Part shown: piece by piece, positions 1-8,944 of the stretch
Layout of the letters: every line of letters begins with the position of its first letter
Position numbering within the stretch: position 1 is the stretch's first letter
IMG/VR virus record: IMGVR_UViG_3300008267_000234
Reading direction: 5' to 3' (one strand)
Source: an uncultured virus (IMG/VR IMGVR_UViG_3300008267_000234)
Lineage: Duplodnaviria > Heunggongvirae > Uroviricota > Caudoviricetes
DNA: 20,000 nucleotides
Translations under genes and position numbers: made by a program
Notes under the pieces: model-generated
Databases searched by the model: none
Seen by the model: only the letters and a program-made list of their open reading frames with translations
Told to the model about the DNA's origin: nothing

Positions 1-1
1 C

Positions 2-3000
2 CAGAAAGAGCTGAATGACTTCCTTTCTAGCTATGTTGCAAGGGCTGAAAATTCAGTTGAAGATCAGCGTTCCGGCGGTCTTTTTGGTGGGCAACCCAGA
101 ACCGTACAGCAAATTGTAACCGATCTTACATCCAATGAAAAACAACCAGCAGAACAACAGCAAGATCTCTCGTTTGGAAAACCTCAAGCAGTTCCAGCAA
201 AACAAACAAACACCAAAGGACAAAAGGCTAAAACTGCTACTTCAACTCCAGAAGTAAAGGCTGAGGCACCGGACAAGCAGGGCGATGTTGTCGCCTTCAT
301 CAAACAAGAGAACGACAAGCAGAAAAAATCTCAGGCTTCAGCAGCGAGGAGTAAGCGCATCACCCCAGGCGAAGCCCGCAAGAAAGGCATCGCAATACAG
401 ATTGATCGCCTTGGCATCACCTCCAAAGATCCAGCGTCAGTCATTGCTGCGCTAGAGAAGATCGCAGCCAAGCCGAGCGAGAAGCACCATGGTCGCATCG
501 CCAAGGATCTCCTCAGCGTACTGGAAGGCTCCGGCGTGCAGATCCAGCTTGTCTCCGGCAACGACGCAAGGATGGCGAAGTACGACTCCCGCGTGAACGG
601 CTGGTACGATCCAGCGACAAACACGGCATACATCAACCTCGACGGGCCGCACGAACTCGGGATTGAGGAAACTATCCTCCACGAACTCGTCCACGCTTCC
701 GGCGAGAAGGTCATCCAGAATCCACAGACGGAAGCGCAGAAGCGTATCCTTGCCGACCTAGAGAAGCAGATGCTTGCCGCTCGCAAGAACGCCATCGCTC
801 TCGGGAAGGCGAAGATGGGCGTCGATGTATCCGATCTCAAGATACTGATCGACATGGCGGCAGCGCAGAACGACTACGGATTGTTCGACATCCTCTACGG
901 CGTGTCCAGCCTTTCCGAATACCACGCGCACGCTACGACCAGTCGTTCATTCCAGAAGTTCCTCGCCACCTACAAGGAAGGCGGAAAGCGGTCGCTGATG
1001 GAGCGGTTCATCAACAGCATCACAAGCCTGCTGTCTGGCAAGAAGACGGCAGACGGATCGGATGCAGAGAAGGCATACGCCACGCTGCTTGACCTGATGC
1101 GCGAAGGCAAAGGGGATGTCCGGCTGTCGAACGCGGATGTCGTGCAGTCTCGGGCGAGGGGTGCATCCACAGAGCAGGATGCTGAATACCTTGAGCTTGC
1201 GAAGGATGAAGAGAAGAACGCAGAGGCTTTGCAGGCCATAGTGGATGCGGCGGCGAAGGCGGCGGGCGGGCAACTTGTGTTCCATGGAGGAGACATCGAA
1301 GGCGATGTGATTGACGTTAATCGCAGAGAGCGGGGCGCGGAATCGGAACGTAGAGCCGGGACGTTCTATGCGTCGAGCAATCCAGACGCAGCTAAGACGT
1401 ACCCAGGTAAGCAGCAGAGACTATTCTTCTTCCTGCGAAATCCATTCCGCATAGGGACTCCAGAGATGAGACCCGCTTCATGGACTGGCGATACGGCGGT
1501 TCGTGCTGGCGGCAAAGTTATCAGCAAGAAGACCAGCCTCTCTATTGGCGAGGCAGTTGATCGCGCCAAGCAGTTCGGGTACGACGGAGTTATTTACGAC
1601 AACATAGTTGATACAGGAAGACTCCCCAGTCAATCAGGCAAACCTCCGATTGGCTCTACTTATGTTGCGTTTAACTCGGAACAAATCAAGTCCGCCGACC
1701 CCGTTACCCGCGACGACGCAGGCAACGTCATCCCTCTTTCGCAACGCTTCCAGCCAACATCCCCAGACATCCGGTTTTCGCGGGCGCGTGGAACTGCTTC
1801 GGACGAGGACGCACGGCATGCCGCACTGGAGGCGCGAGCAAAAGACGGGGACGCTGAGGCGACGGCGGAGGCGCAGGCGATAGTGAATGAGGCGGCAGAT
1901 GATGCGGCGTACAAGAGGTCTGGATACCACGGCACCCGTGCTTCGTGGACAGTTTGGGATAGCGACATCGCCGGGGGGCTTATAAACATAGGCGAATCAA
2001 AAGAAGTGGCAGAAAGATACGCCACTGGCGCTGGCGGCGGAAGGCAACCACTCAACATTACTGAAGTGGAGTATTACGACGGGCGTAAATTCACTCAACA
2101 AAGTTATACGGAATGGACAAGCGGGAGCGAGTCGCTATCGACTGAGCAAATCCAGAAAGACGTAGACGACGGGGATGCCGTGCCGACTATTCCGGGCGCA
2201 TCCGTAAAGAGCCTCAGATTCAAGGCGGACAAAATCCTTGACCTGACAACACCTGAAGGAATCAAAGTGTTGGCTGGTCTTAACTATACCACCCGTCTTG
2301 GGCAGGGGGTTGTTTCTGATGCAAAAGCCGGGAAGTTCTACTGGGATCGCACAAAGAATGAATACGCATTAAAGACTTGGAAAAATGAACTGATTCCGCA
2401 ACTCAAGGAATTAGGATATGATTCCGTCAGGTTTAAGGACGACACACATAATACGATTGCCGTCTTCTCCCCCGAGCAAATCAAATCAGCCGACCCGTTC
2501 ACCTACGACGAAGCCGGAAACCTCATCCCGCTCAGTCAGAGGTTCCAACCCGAATCTCCCGACATCCGTTTCTCCCGCGCCCGCAGCATCGTCTCCGACA
2601 CAGTCACCAAGTTCGCGCCGGAGTTCAATGTGGTGGACGACAAGGACGGTCCTGCTGTGTTCTTCGACGGGCGCAACGTCACCGTCAATCCAGATGCCCT
2701 AGAGAACTTAGACGAGTACGAGGTGAAGGACTTGTCCGAGCGGGCGGTCGTCGCCGCAAAAGCTGCGCCAAAAGATCCGATTGCCGCGTCCATCATTCAG
2801 CAAACGGACGGGTATAGTGCGTACAACTTCGACTCAGCCACCCGCAAAGAGATCCGCAAGTCGCTGGCAAAGGCTCACGCTGTTGCGACCGAGAACGGCA
2901 TGGCTCCGCTGGCGATGGATCTTGGCGCAAAGCTCTTTGAGTACGGTGGCGCTACGGATGCGGATGTAAGGAAGTCGATGGCGCGTGGAATTCCTTCGGA

Positions 3001-6000
3001 CGAGGAATACCTTGCGACTGTCGAGGCTGGCGATATGGAGAAGGCGCAGCAGATGGTGAATGATTTTATCGGTGAGCCAAATAGCGGAATGACTCGCCTA
3101 TGGAGATCGGACGCAGCAAAGGTTGGGACTCCAGTTCCAAACTGGATGGAATCAACAGAGGAGCTTCAAGGAATCAAAGACGCATCCGGTAGGTGGTTCT
3201 ACAAGACAAAGGAGGAAGCGGAGCGTCACATGGCGGACTTTGAAGGCGAGTCGCTTTCGTTCGTTGACGTTCCATCTGAATCCGTCGAATCATTCAACGC
3301 AAAGGATAATCCGTTTGCTGGCGGATACGGAAAGCAGGGTTTTGAATACTTCGTCCCTAGGCAAATCGCGGAGGCGAGAGTATCTACGGCTCCAGTGGTT
3401 CGCGACGACGCAGGCAACGTCATCCCGCTCAGCGAGAGATTCCCTGGAGCCGCAATGCCTCAATCCCGCGCACGCGGAGTGGACCTAGTCGCCTATGTTC
3501 CTCGTAATCGCTCAGGCCCTCGTCTCGCCGTAGAGAAGCTCTTCGCCGGATTCCGCAGCCGAGGAATGGTGACGGAAGATGCGTACAATGCATTCAGGGA
3601 TTTCGAGGCATTCAAGAAAGAGACTGAGAGCTTCATCGCCTTCATCGCAAAGGACTTCACCAATGTGACGAACAAGCTGTTTGGCGACGGGGCGGACAAC
3701 TGGTTGAACTATCGTGTCTTCTCTCGGGATGCGAATGGCAATGTCACCGTCAGTAAGACTGGGTTCAAGACAGCAAAGGATGCAGACAACTTCGCTGCGA
3801 CCAACAGGTACAAGGACTACATCGTCTCCACTGGGGAGGAGTTGATGAACAAAGCCCTCGGCAGCAACGGACCTACGCTTCGCGAGGATGTCCGCGACAG
3901 GATTGACCAACTGACCAAGAAGGGGTTGGACGACATCGCCAAGTCCATCGAAGCCTACAAGGATGAGTATCTGAACTACTGGAATCTCGTCATGATGCAG
4001 CCGCAGCCTGGGATGATTGATCCAGACCAGATTGCCACCTTGCGTGAACGTAAGGAGCAGTGGATGAAGGCTCTCCAGCTCCGCGCCGCAGAGCAGAGGC
4101 AGCTTGTGGACGACGCCCGCAAGGAAGCCGTTCGTGTGGCATTGGAAGATGGTGCCAATCATATCATCGCCCAGCAGAAGTTTGCCAAGACGTATCTACC
4201 AGACGAGTTGGTCTACCAGATTGAGCGGACTCGCGATAAGATCGATGAGTTCTCCACGCGGCTCACAAAGATCGGTTGGCTGATGGAAGGAAGCGAACTC
4301 CAGATGGTCATTGACGGTCGCATGGGTGTCTATGTCACTCGCTCCTATGAGGCGTTTGAGACTCAAGACCGAGCCAACTACGTCGCGTTCTTGGACGAAG
4401 CGTATCGCGCTCTCTACAACCCAGAGCAGGAATACAATAAGCTGGCAATGGAACGGATCATGCCTATGGTCCGACACATCAAGGCTGGGATTACTGAGCG
4501 CCGGATTCAGGATCTGAAGAGGGAGAATGAGCAGCGCCAGTTGGACGAAATCATGGCGGACCTGATGGCAGATCCACGCCAAGTCACCCAGGTTGATCGA
4601 ATCCCAGGGCAACCAATCGAAGGGACCGAATACGAGCAACTGCTTCGCGCCGTTGCAAGACGGGAGCTTCTGCTTCGTCGATTGAAAGAGAAGGAGGATT
4701 TCATTGCCAAGGCTGTTACCTCTCTTGGGAAAAGCACGTTTGCCAGCAACATCGGCAATGCGCGAAATCGCATGCGTGCAATCAAGAAGGAAGCCAAGCG
4801 TCTCTACAGGGAACGGTTTGCGGAACAGGTCGAGGTAGCCAATATCATGGGCGCTCCAAACGCTCTCCGGTGGACATTGATGACCGAGGACGAAGCCCAC
4901 GACATTGCAAACGTGGAGCGTTCGCTTTCTGAAAGCCCCGGTAACATTGCCGGATCAAAGATCTGGACTGCAAGCATCAGCGGCAGAAAGCACTCGACAT
5001 TCCATTCGGCAGTAAGTGATGATTTCAGATCTAATCTAGATACCATCACCAATTCCACGGCATCGCAAACCGGATTCAAGGGAACAGGGGCGGGTGACTG
5101 GAGGTCGATCAATGACAAGATCCTTGAGTACAAGGAAAACGTGCCAGCATTCCGGCGCTTGTTCTTGGGGGAAATAAACAACCCATTGATGCGGGTTTCC
5201 GAAACGCTTACAAAACAAGCCAGCCTGATTGCTGCCGGAGAGCTGTACCAAAATCTTGCTGACATTGGAATGAAGCAAGGGTGGCTTGTTGAAAAAGAAC
5301 TAGCCGACACAGACACAACGAAATACGCAGGATGGACTTCGATCCTCACATCCAGCGACAACGATCAAGGATACAAAGACAATCCACTCAAGGATCTTGT
5401 TGCCGACCCGGTAATGGTCGAGGCAATTAGAAAGCTACTGTCTACAAACCAGCCATCAAACAGCGCATTCAAAGCCATATCGTTTACCGTCGGATTGGTT
5501 TTGTTTAACCTGACCGCAGGTAGCTTTAAGTCCATTCAGCGGAACCTCTCGTCGTTCATTCCGTTCCTTCTCAACACTGGACTTATTGGAGCGATGATCA
5601 ATCCGCGCAGATGGTCCGTCGTTACGAGTAATTTCGTTCTTGCGTCCAAGATGGTCGAGCAGTCCATGGCATCTTCCGCTGGCGTCTCCAGTGGAAAAGA
5701 CATCAGCAATCCAATACTCAAGCGTCTCGACAAGGGAGTCAGGATCTTCCTCTCTGGGATTGCCGCTCTTCGCCTGTCTGGATTGGCTGTGAAAGGTGTA
5801 TCCACTTCCGCTGGCTTTGTGTTTAGAACCAAGCAAAAGCCAACCAATGAGCAGTTCCAAGAAACGTATCAGCGTGCTGTCGGTCTCGGTGTCGCCAACG
5901 ACAATGTCGATAAGGAGGCAATGAGCAAGATGCTCAATCTTGAGGAGACCTTGAACCGCAAACCGAAAGACAAGAAGCTCGGTAAACTTGGGAAGGTGTT

Positions 6001-7495
6001 GATGCTTAACGAAGCCTCTGAATTTGGATCTTATGCATTCTCTTTGGCGAAGTCAACGCTGAAAGAAAGAAGTCAGCTCTACGGAGCGCCGGATGATTTT
6101 ACGAAGATCTTCGCATGGCTCAACGAGATGGATGCCCAAGCCCGAATCCATGCAAAGGATACTGCCGAGTACGAAAAGTGGAGAGGGAAGGACGGCTTGT
6201 TCTCAGACATGCCGCCAGAGCATGTCGAATTGGCGGCAGAGTATACGACCGATCTTGTTCAATCGCACTCCAAGGTCTGGGCGCACATCACCCAGTTCAA
6301 GAAAGCCGGGTTCGGGGTTCTTGCTGCTGCGTTCATTGCGGCCAAGGCTGAGTTCTATCGCAACGCATTCAACTCTTATAGGATTGCAGTCAAAGAGATG
6401 AGGTCAAAGAATGAACGCGAAAGAAACGCCGGGATAGCACGGTTTGCTTCCGCCCTTACCGCTCACTTTGTTTATGGTAATGCCATCGGATACGGATTGA
6501 AGATGATCTTGAAAGCGTTCGCTGATGACGATGAAGTGGTTGAGGATTCCATTGAGATCCGCAACGCAATCAGCGCCCTCGGACCTGAGTACGCGAAGAA
6601 CAAGAATGCGACCTATGTCGTCTACAAGAATGGCACGTTCGACTGGGTTGATCTTAGCTTCTCCACTCCGTTTGCGTTTGTCTGGGAAACCATCAACGCC
6701 GGAAAGCGTGGAGTCTCAGAGGCCCAAGTCGAAGACAACATCGTTTGGGAAATGACTAAGGAGATTGTCGGGGAGAACCTCGGCAACTTCGCTTCGCCAC
6801 AGATTGCGTTGGATGCATTCGCGGTAATGCGTACCGGGTTTGATCCTATTCGCGGGGTCAAGATCTGGGACTCTCAAACAGACAACATGGGCGAAAAGCT
6901 AATGAAGTCTATGGGCTACTTCCTGAAGAAAGTCGGATCTCCGGGCGATGTGAAGAGTGTATCAAACATCGTCAACGCGGCTCGCGGGATCGAAGAGAAC
7001 GGGCGACAGTACAAGCTCGGCACTGAAGTTGGGTCTGTGTTCTTGGGAACCTCTGTCAGGACATTCAAGATTGCAGACATCGTCGAGCAGAAGCTGGCGC
7101 AGGGAACCAACAGCCTGAACAACAGAATCACTCCGCTCTATAATTCCGTGCTGACGGAATCGAATGACGTGTCCATGGATGATTGTGAATCAGACACCAC
7201 TGAATACTACAAGACCGATGTAGAGGTGATGACCAAGATGCAAAAGATATGGGCGGCGGGGAATACGCTACTGGCAGATACTCCCGGCGGAAAGAAGATG
7301 CTTAGTGCTGTAATTGGAGGCGACAAGGTAAAGATGGAGAGCAACCGGGAGCGTGCCCTCACTACCGGGAAGCGCCATCGTGTAACGCTCTCCGATTCCA
7401 TGGACCGAAAGGTCAAAGGGCTTGGCGACAAGTACGACGACCCGCGCCACAAGGTCGTGAAGGATACCCTGAAGAAGCTCAACGAGAAACCGTGA
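2..7495 (+). CDS. Giant polyvalent protein (5'-truncated by the window, ~2500 aa visible): zincin metallopeptidase, ART-PolyVal-like ADP-ribosyltransferase cassettes, large helical C-terminal region
   Basis: The frame of ORF 536..7495 is open back to base 2 (QKELNDFLSSYVARAENSVEDQRSGGLFGG...). HELVH at 680-694 with downstream SEYHAHA. Two domains read (F/Y)HG...Y...GYD(G/S)V...(VAF/AVF)..EQIKS, typical of ART-PolyVal. Confidence 0.88.
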   Translation, partial: QKELNDFLSSYVARAENSVEDQRSGGLFGGQPRTVQQIVTDLTSNEKQPAEQQQDLSFGKPQAVPAKQTNTKGQKAKTATSTPEVKAEAPDKQGDVVAFIKQENDKQKKSQASAARSKRITPGEARKKGIAIQIDRLGITSKDPASVIAALEKIAAKPSEKHHGRIAKDLLSVLEGSGVQIQLVSGNDARMAKYDSRVNGWYDPATNTAYINLDGPHELGIEETILHELVHASGEKVIQNPQTEAQKRILADLEKQMLAARKNAIALGKAKMGVDVSDLKILIDMAAAQNDYGLFDILYGVSSLSEYHAHATTSRSFQKFLATYKEGGKRSLMERFINSITSLLSGKKTADGSDAEKAYATLLDLMREGKGDVRLSNADVVQSRARGASTEQDAEYLELAKDEEKNAEALQAIVDAAAKAAGGQLVFHGGDIEGDVIDVNRRERGAESERRAGTFYASSNPDAAKTYPGKQQRLFFFLRNPFRIGTPEMRPASWTGDTAVRAGGKVISKKTSLSIGEAVDRAKQFGYDGVIYDNIVDTGRLPSQSGKPPIGSTYVAFNSEQIKSADPVTRDDAGNVIPLSQRFQPTSPDIRFSRARGTASDEDARHAALEARAKDGDAEATAEAQAIVNEAADDAAYKRSGYHGTRASWTVWDSDIAGGLINIGESKEVAERYATGAGGGRQPLNITEVEYYDGRKFTQQSYTEWTSGSESLSTEQIQKDVDDGDAVPTIPGASVKSLRFKADKILDLTTPEGIKVLAGLNYTTRLGQGVVSDAKAGKFYWDRTKNEYALKTWKNELIPQLKELGYDSVRFKDDTHNTIAVFSPEQIKSADPFTYDEAGNLIPLSQRFQPESPDIRFSRARSIVSDTVTKFAPEFNVVDDKDGPAVFFDGRNVTVNPDALENLDEYEVKDLSERAVVAAKAAPKDPIAASIIQQTDGYSAYNFDSATRKEIRKSLAKAHAVATENGMAPLAMDLGAKLFEYGGATDADVRKSMARGIPSDEEYLATVEAGDMEKAQQMVNDFIGEPNSGMTRLWRSDAAKVGTPVPNWMESTEELQGIKDASGRWFYKTKEEAERHMADFEGESLSFVDVPSESVESFNAKDNPFAGGYGKQGFEYFVPRQIAEARVSTAPVVRDDAGNVIPLSERFPGAAMPQSRARGVDLVAYVPRNRSGPRLAVEKLFAGFRSRGMVTEDAYNAFRDFEAFKKETESFIAFIAKDFTNVTNKLFGDGADNWLNYRVFSRDANGNVTVSKTGFKTAKDADNFAATNRYKDYIVSTGEELMNKALGSNGPTLREDVRDRIDQLTKKGLDDIAKSIEAYKDEYLNYWNLVMMQPQPGMIDPDQIATLRERKEQWMKALQLRAAEQRQLVDDARKEAVRVALEDGANHIIAQQKFAKTYLPDELVYQIERTRDKIDEFSTRLTKIGWLMEGSELQMVIDGRMGVYVTRSYEAFETQDRANYVAFLDEAYRALYNPEQEYNKLAMERIMPMVRHIKAGITERRIQDLKRENEQRQLDEIMADLMADPRQVTQVDRIPGQPIEGTEYEQLLRAVARRELLLRRLKEKEDFIAKAVTSLGKSTFASNIGNARNRMRAIKKEAKRLYRERFAEQVEVANIMGAPNALRWTLMTEDEAHDIANVERSLSESPGNIAGSKIWTASISGRKHSTFHSAVSDDFRSNLDTITNSTASQTGFKGTGAGDWRSINDKILEYKENVPAFRRLFLGEINNPLMRVSETLTKQASLIAAGELYQNLADIGMKQGWLVEKELADTDTTKYAGWTSILTSSDNDQGYKDNPLKDLVADPVMVEAIRKLLSTNQPSNSAFKAISFTVGLVLFNLTAGSFKSIQRNLSSFIPFLLNTGLIGAMINPRRWSVVTSNFVLASKMVEQSMASSAGVSSGKDISNPILKRLDKGVRIFLSGIAALRLSGLAVKGVSTSAGFVFRTKQKPTNEQFQETYQRAVGLGVANDNVDKEAMSKMLNLEETLNRKPKDKKLGKLGKVLMLNEASEFGSYAFSLAKSTLKERSQLYGAPDDFTKIFAWLNEMDAQARIHAKDTAEYEKWRGKDGLFSDMPPEHVELAAEYTTDLVQSHSKVWAHITQFKKAGFGVLAAAFIAAKAEFYRNAFNSYRIAVKEMRSKNERERNAGIARFASALTAHFVYGNAIGYGLKMILKAFADDDEVVEDSIEIRNAISALGPEYAKNKNATYVVYKNGTFDWVDLSFSTPFAFVWETINAGKRGVSEAQVEDNIVWEMTKEIVGENLGNFASPQIALDAFAVMRTGFDPIRGVKIWDSQTDNMGEKLMKSMGYFLKKVGSPGDVKSVSNIVNAARGIEENGRQYKLGTEVGSVFLGTSVRTFKIADIVEQKLAQGTNSLNNRITPLYNSVLTESNDVSMDDCESDTTEYYKTDVEVMTKMQKIWAAGNTLLADTPGGKKMLSAVIGGDKVKMESNRERALTTGKRHRVTLSDSMDRKVKGLGDKYDDPRHKVVKDTLKKLNEKP
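1679..1792 (+). repeat. Intragenic cassette-closing repeat, copy 1 (EQIKSADPVTRDDAGNVIPLSQRFQPTSPDIRFSRARG)
   Basis: 32/38 aa identical to copy 2; 26 bp (1709-1734) identical to 3401-3426 in copy 3. Confidence 0.95.
2474..2587 (+). repeat. Intragenic cassette-closing repeat, copy 2 (EQIKSADPFTYDEAGNLIPLSQRFQPESPDIRFSRARS)
   Basis: Same 114-bp length as copy 1 with many synonymous differences; tcatcccgctcag (2523-2535) shared with 3420-3432. Confidence 0.95.
3389..3478 (+). repeat. Intragenic cassette-closing repeat, copy 3 (APVVRDDAGNVIPLSERFPGAAMPQSRARG)
   Basis: cgcgacgacgcaggcaacgtcatccc identical to copy 1; ends in SRARG. Confidence 0.92.
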
Positions 7496-7501
7496 ATGCG
7501 T

Positions 7502-7523
7502 ATTTGTGAATTAGATCACACAT
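7502..7523. promoter_or_regulatory. CRP-family-like palindromic box TGTGA-N6-TCACA
   Basis: ATTTGTGAATTAGATCACACAT; both core half-sites perfect, 16/22 match to the E. coli CRP consensus; lies in the gap after the giant gene. Confidence 0.45.
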
Positions 7524-7539
7524 GCGAACCTCGGGGACT

Positions 7540-7716
7540 ATGCATATCCAAGAACTGATTCAAGAACTTGCGGCAGTTAAGGAAGAACACGGAAACCTTC
7601 CTGTGACTGTTTGTAATACGCACCCCGGTCAAGACCCATTTGAGCCTGTTGTTGCAGTTGGATTCACCGGGAAAACTCCAACCCACGTTGAGATTCTTGA
7701 TAAGAAACTCCTATGA
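7540..7716 (+). CDS. Hypothetical protein (58 aa)
   Basis: MHIQELIQELAAVKEEHGNLPV resembles a common small phage-protein N-terminus; GGGGA precedes ATG 7540; ATGA overlap with next ORF. Alternative start 7522. Confidence 0.75.
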   Translation: MHIQELIQELAAVKEEHGNLPVTVCNTHPGQDPFEPVVAVGFTGKTPTHVEILDKKLL

Positions 7717-8018
7717 AAACCATCCGCGTCCGAATCCGCAAACGCTACCTCTCTGAAACCATGCGAAAAAATATGATCGAAATTACCGCTGGGTCCATTG
7801 GGCTTCTGATCGCCACCATTTCTATGTCGTCCTGTGCAATGCAGAATCTTGGCAGCTTGGAGGGGACGTATCGACTCCCATCCGGCAAGGGTGTGGTGAC
7901 GATCAACATCCCGCTCAGCCGGGTTCCGTTGCTGCGGCCAAAGCTACCGGAGCCTCCGGTGATTCCGCCGTATGTTGAGGAGCCAGGTGCCGATCTTTTT
8001 CCTACTCTTGAGAAATGA
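7713..8018 (+). CDS. Putative lipoprotein with Pro-rich C-terminus (start may be 7761 or 7773)
   Basis: Hydrophobic stretch IGLLIATISMSS followed by Cys (lipobox-like); PKLPEPPVIPP tail. Confidence 0.6.
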   Translation: MKTIRVRIRKRYLSETMRKNMIEITAGSIGLLIATISMSSCAMQNLGSLEGTYRLPSGKGVVTINIPLSRVPLLRPKLPEPPVIPPYVEEPGADLFPTLEK

Positions 8019-8302
8019 TCGACGCACTCATTATCTCCGTCGCCGCCACTTACGCGACAATGCTTTGGCTTGCATACACGCTCGCCAAAGAACTTCGCCG
8101 CAAGCAGGATGAGATCAACATTCTCGCGCAGACTCTCAGGAAATGGGAGGACGAACTTTCAACCGAGATGCCGCCCGAGTTCAAGGACTGGTGGCAGAAT
8201 GATCGCGCCGAGTGGCCAATGGTTGCTTCCGCGCTAATCCGATCCCTGAAAGCAGACAACGAACGCGCCTGGGATATGGCGCTCAAAAATAAACGACCAT
8301 GA
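8015..8302 (+). CDS. N-terminally membrane-anchored coiled-coil protein
   Basis: TM-like IDALIISVAATYATMLWLAYTLA then a charged helical segment; ATGA overlaps on both sides. Confidence 0.75.
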   Translation: MIDALIISVAATYATMLWLAYTLAKELRRKQDEINILAQTLRKWEDELSTEMPPEFKDWWQNDRAEWPMVASALIRSLKADNERAWDMALKNKRP

Positions 8303-8511
8303 CGCACATCTACCGAGTCTTCACCCGCCAAGGATACGTCAAGCTCCTCAACGCGGACCCGTATTGTAAAGAGCCGATCCCTCTTCCATCTGAAGGCTGG
8401 GAGTACGTTCGCGACATCGACGCCGTAGAGTTCATCGAAAACATGGCGAATGGATACCGGGATCCATCTGATCTCTTGGACGAACTTCAATTTACACCAG
8501 AAACAGCATGA
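8299..8511 (+). CDS. Hypothetical protein
   Basis: ATGA overlaps with both neighbours. Confidence 0.75.
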   Translation: MTHIYRVFTRQGYVKLLNADPYCKEPIPLPSEGWEYVRDIDAVEFIENMANGYRDPSDLLDELQFTPETA

Positions 8512-8942
8512 GTGAACCACAAATCATAAACCCCACCACCGAGACATCATCTACGGCAAGTCATCGCGATGAACCACTACGGATGTTCCATTCCCCATAC
8601 GGGCATTCGGACGAGGAGAACTTCGTCTTCTTCTTCAATCGCCTTCAAGCCAAAGCGCACGTAAACGCCGTCGCCAAGGGTTTCTGGGAAACTGAGCGTT
8701 CCGATGGAGAGTCCATTGCGCTGATGCACTCAGAACTCTCTGAGGCACTGGAAGCCTTACGCCACGGCAATCCTCCAGACGACAAGGTTCCCCAGCACTC
8801 AGGGGCAGCAGCAGAGCTTGGCGATACCATCATCCGTATCATGGACCTCGCCGGGAAACGCGGCTGGAACGTGGCGCAGGCGATGATCGACAAGATGGAA
8901 TTCAACGCCCAGCGGGCATACAAACACGGGAAGGAATTTTGA
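8508..8942 (+). CDS. MazG-like nucleotide pyrophosphohydrolase (all-alpha NTP-PPase)
   Basis: ALMHSELSEALEALR...AELGDTIIRIMDL metal-binding motif; KMEFN..RAYKHGK C-terminus typical of phage MazG-like proteins. Confidence 0.88.
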   Translation: MSEPQIINPTTETSSTASHRDEPLRMFHSPYGHSDEENFVFFFNRLQAKAHVNAVAKGFWETERSDGESIALMHSELSEALEALRHGNPPDDKVPQHSGAAAELGDTIIRIMDLAGKRGWNVAQAMIDKMEFNAQRAYKHGKEF

Positions 8943-8944
8943 TT

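Noticed and set aside
536..538. GTG at 536 as start of the giant protein
   Set aside because: The frame is open and protein-like from base 2; the true start lies upstream of the window.
3707..3757. Fourth copy of the cassette linker (SRDANGNVTVS)
   Set aside because: Only RD..GNV matches; lacks IPLS.RF and SRARG and does not follow an ART-like core.
331..7482. Numerous minus-strand and off-frame ORFs over the giant gene (likewise plus-strand ORFs over 10050-19981)
   Set aside because: Antisense or shadow ORFs of GC-rich coding sequence with no independent protein motifs.
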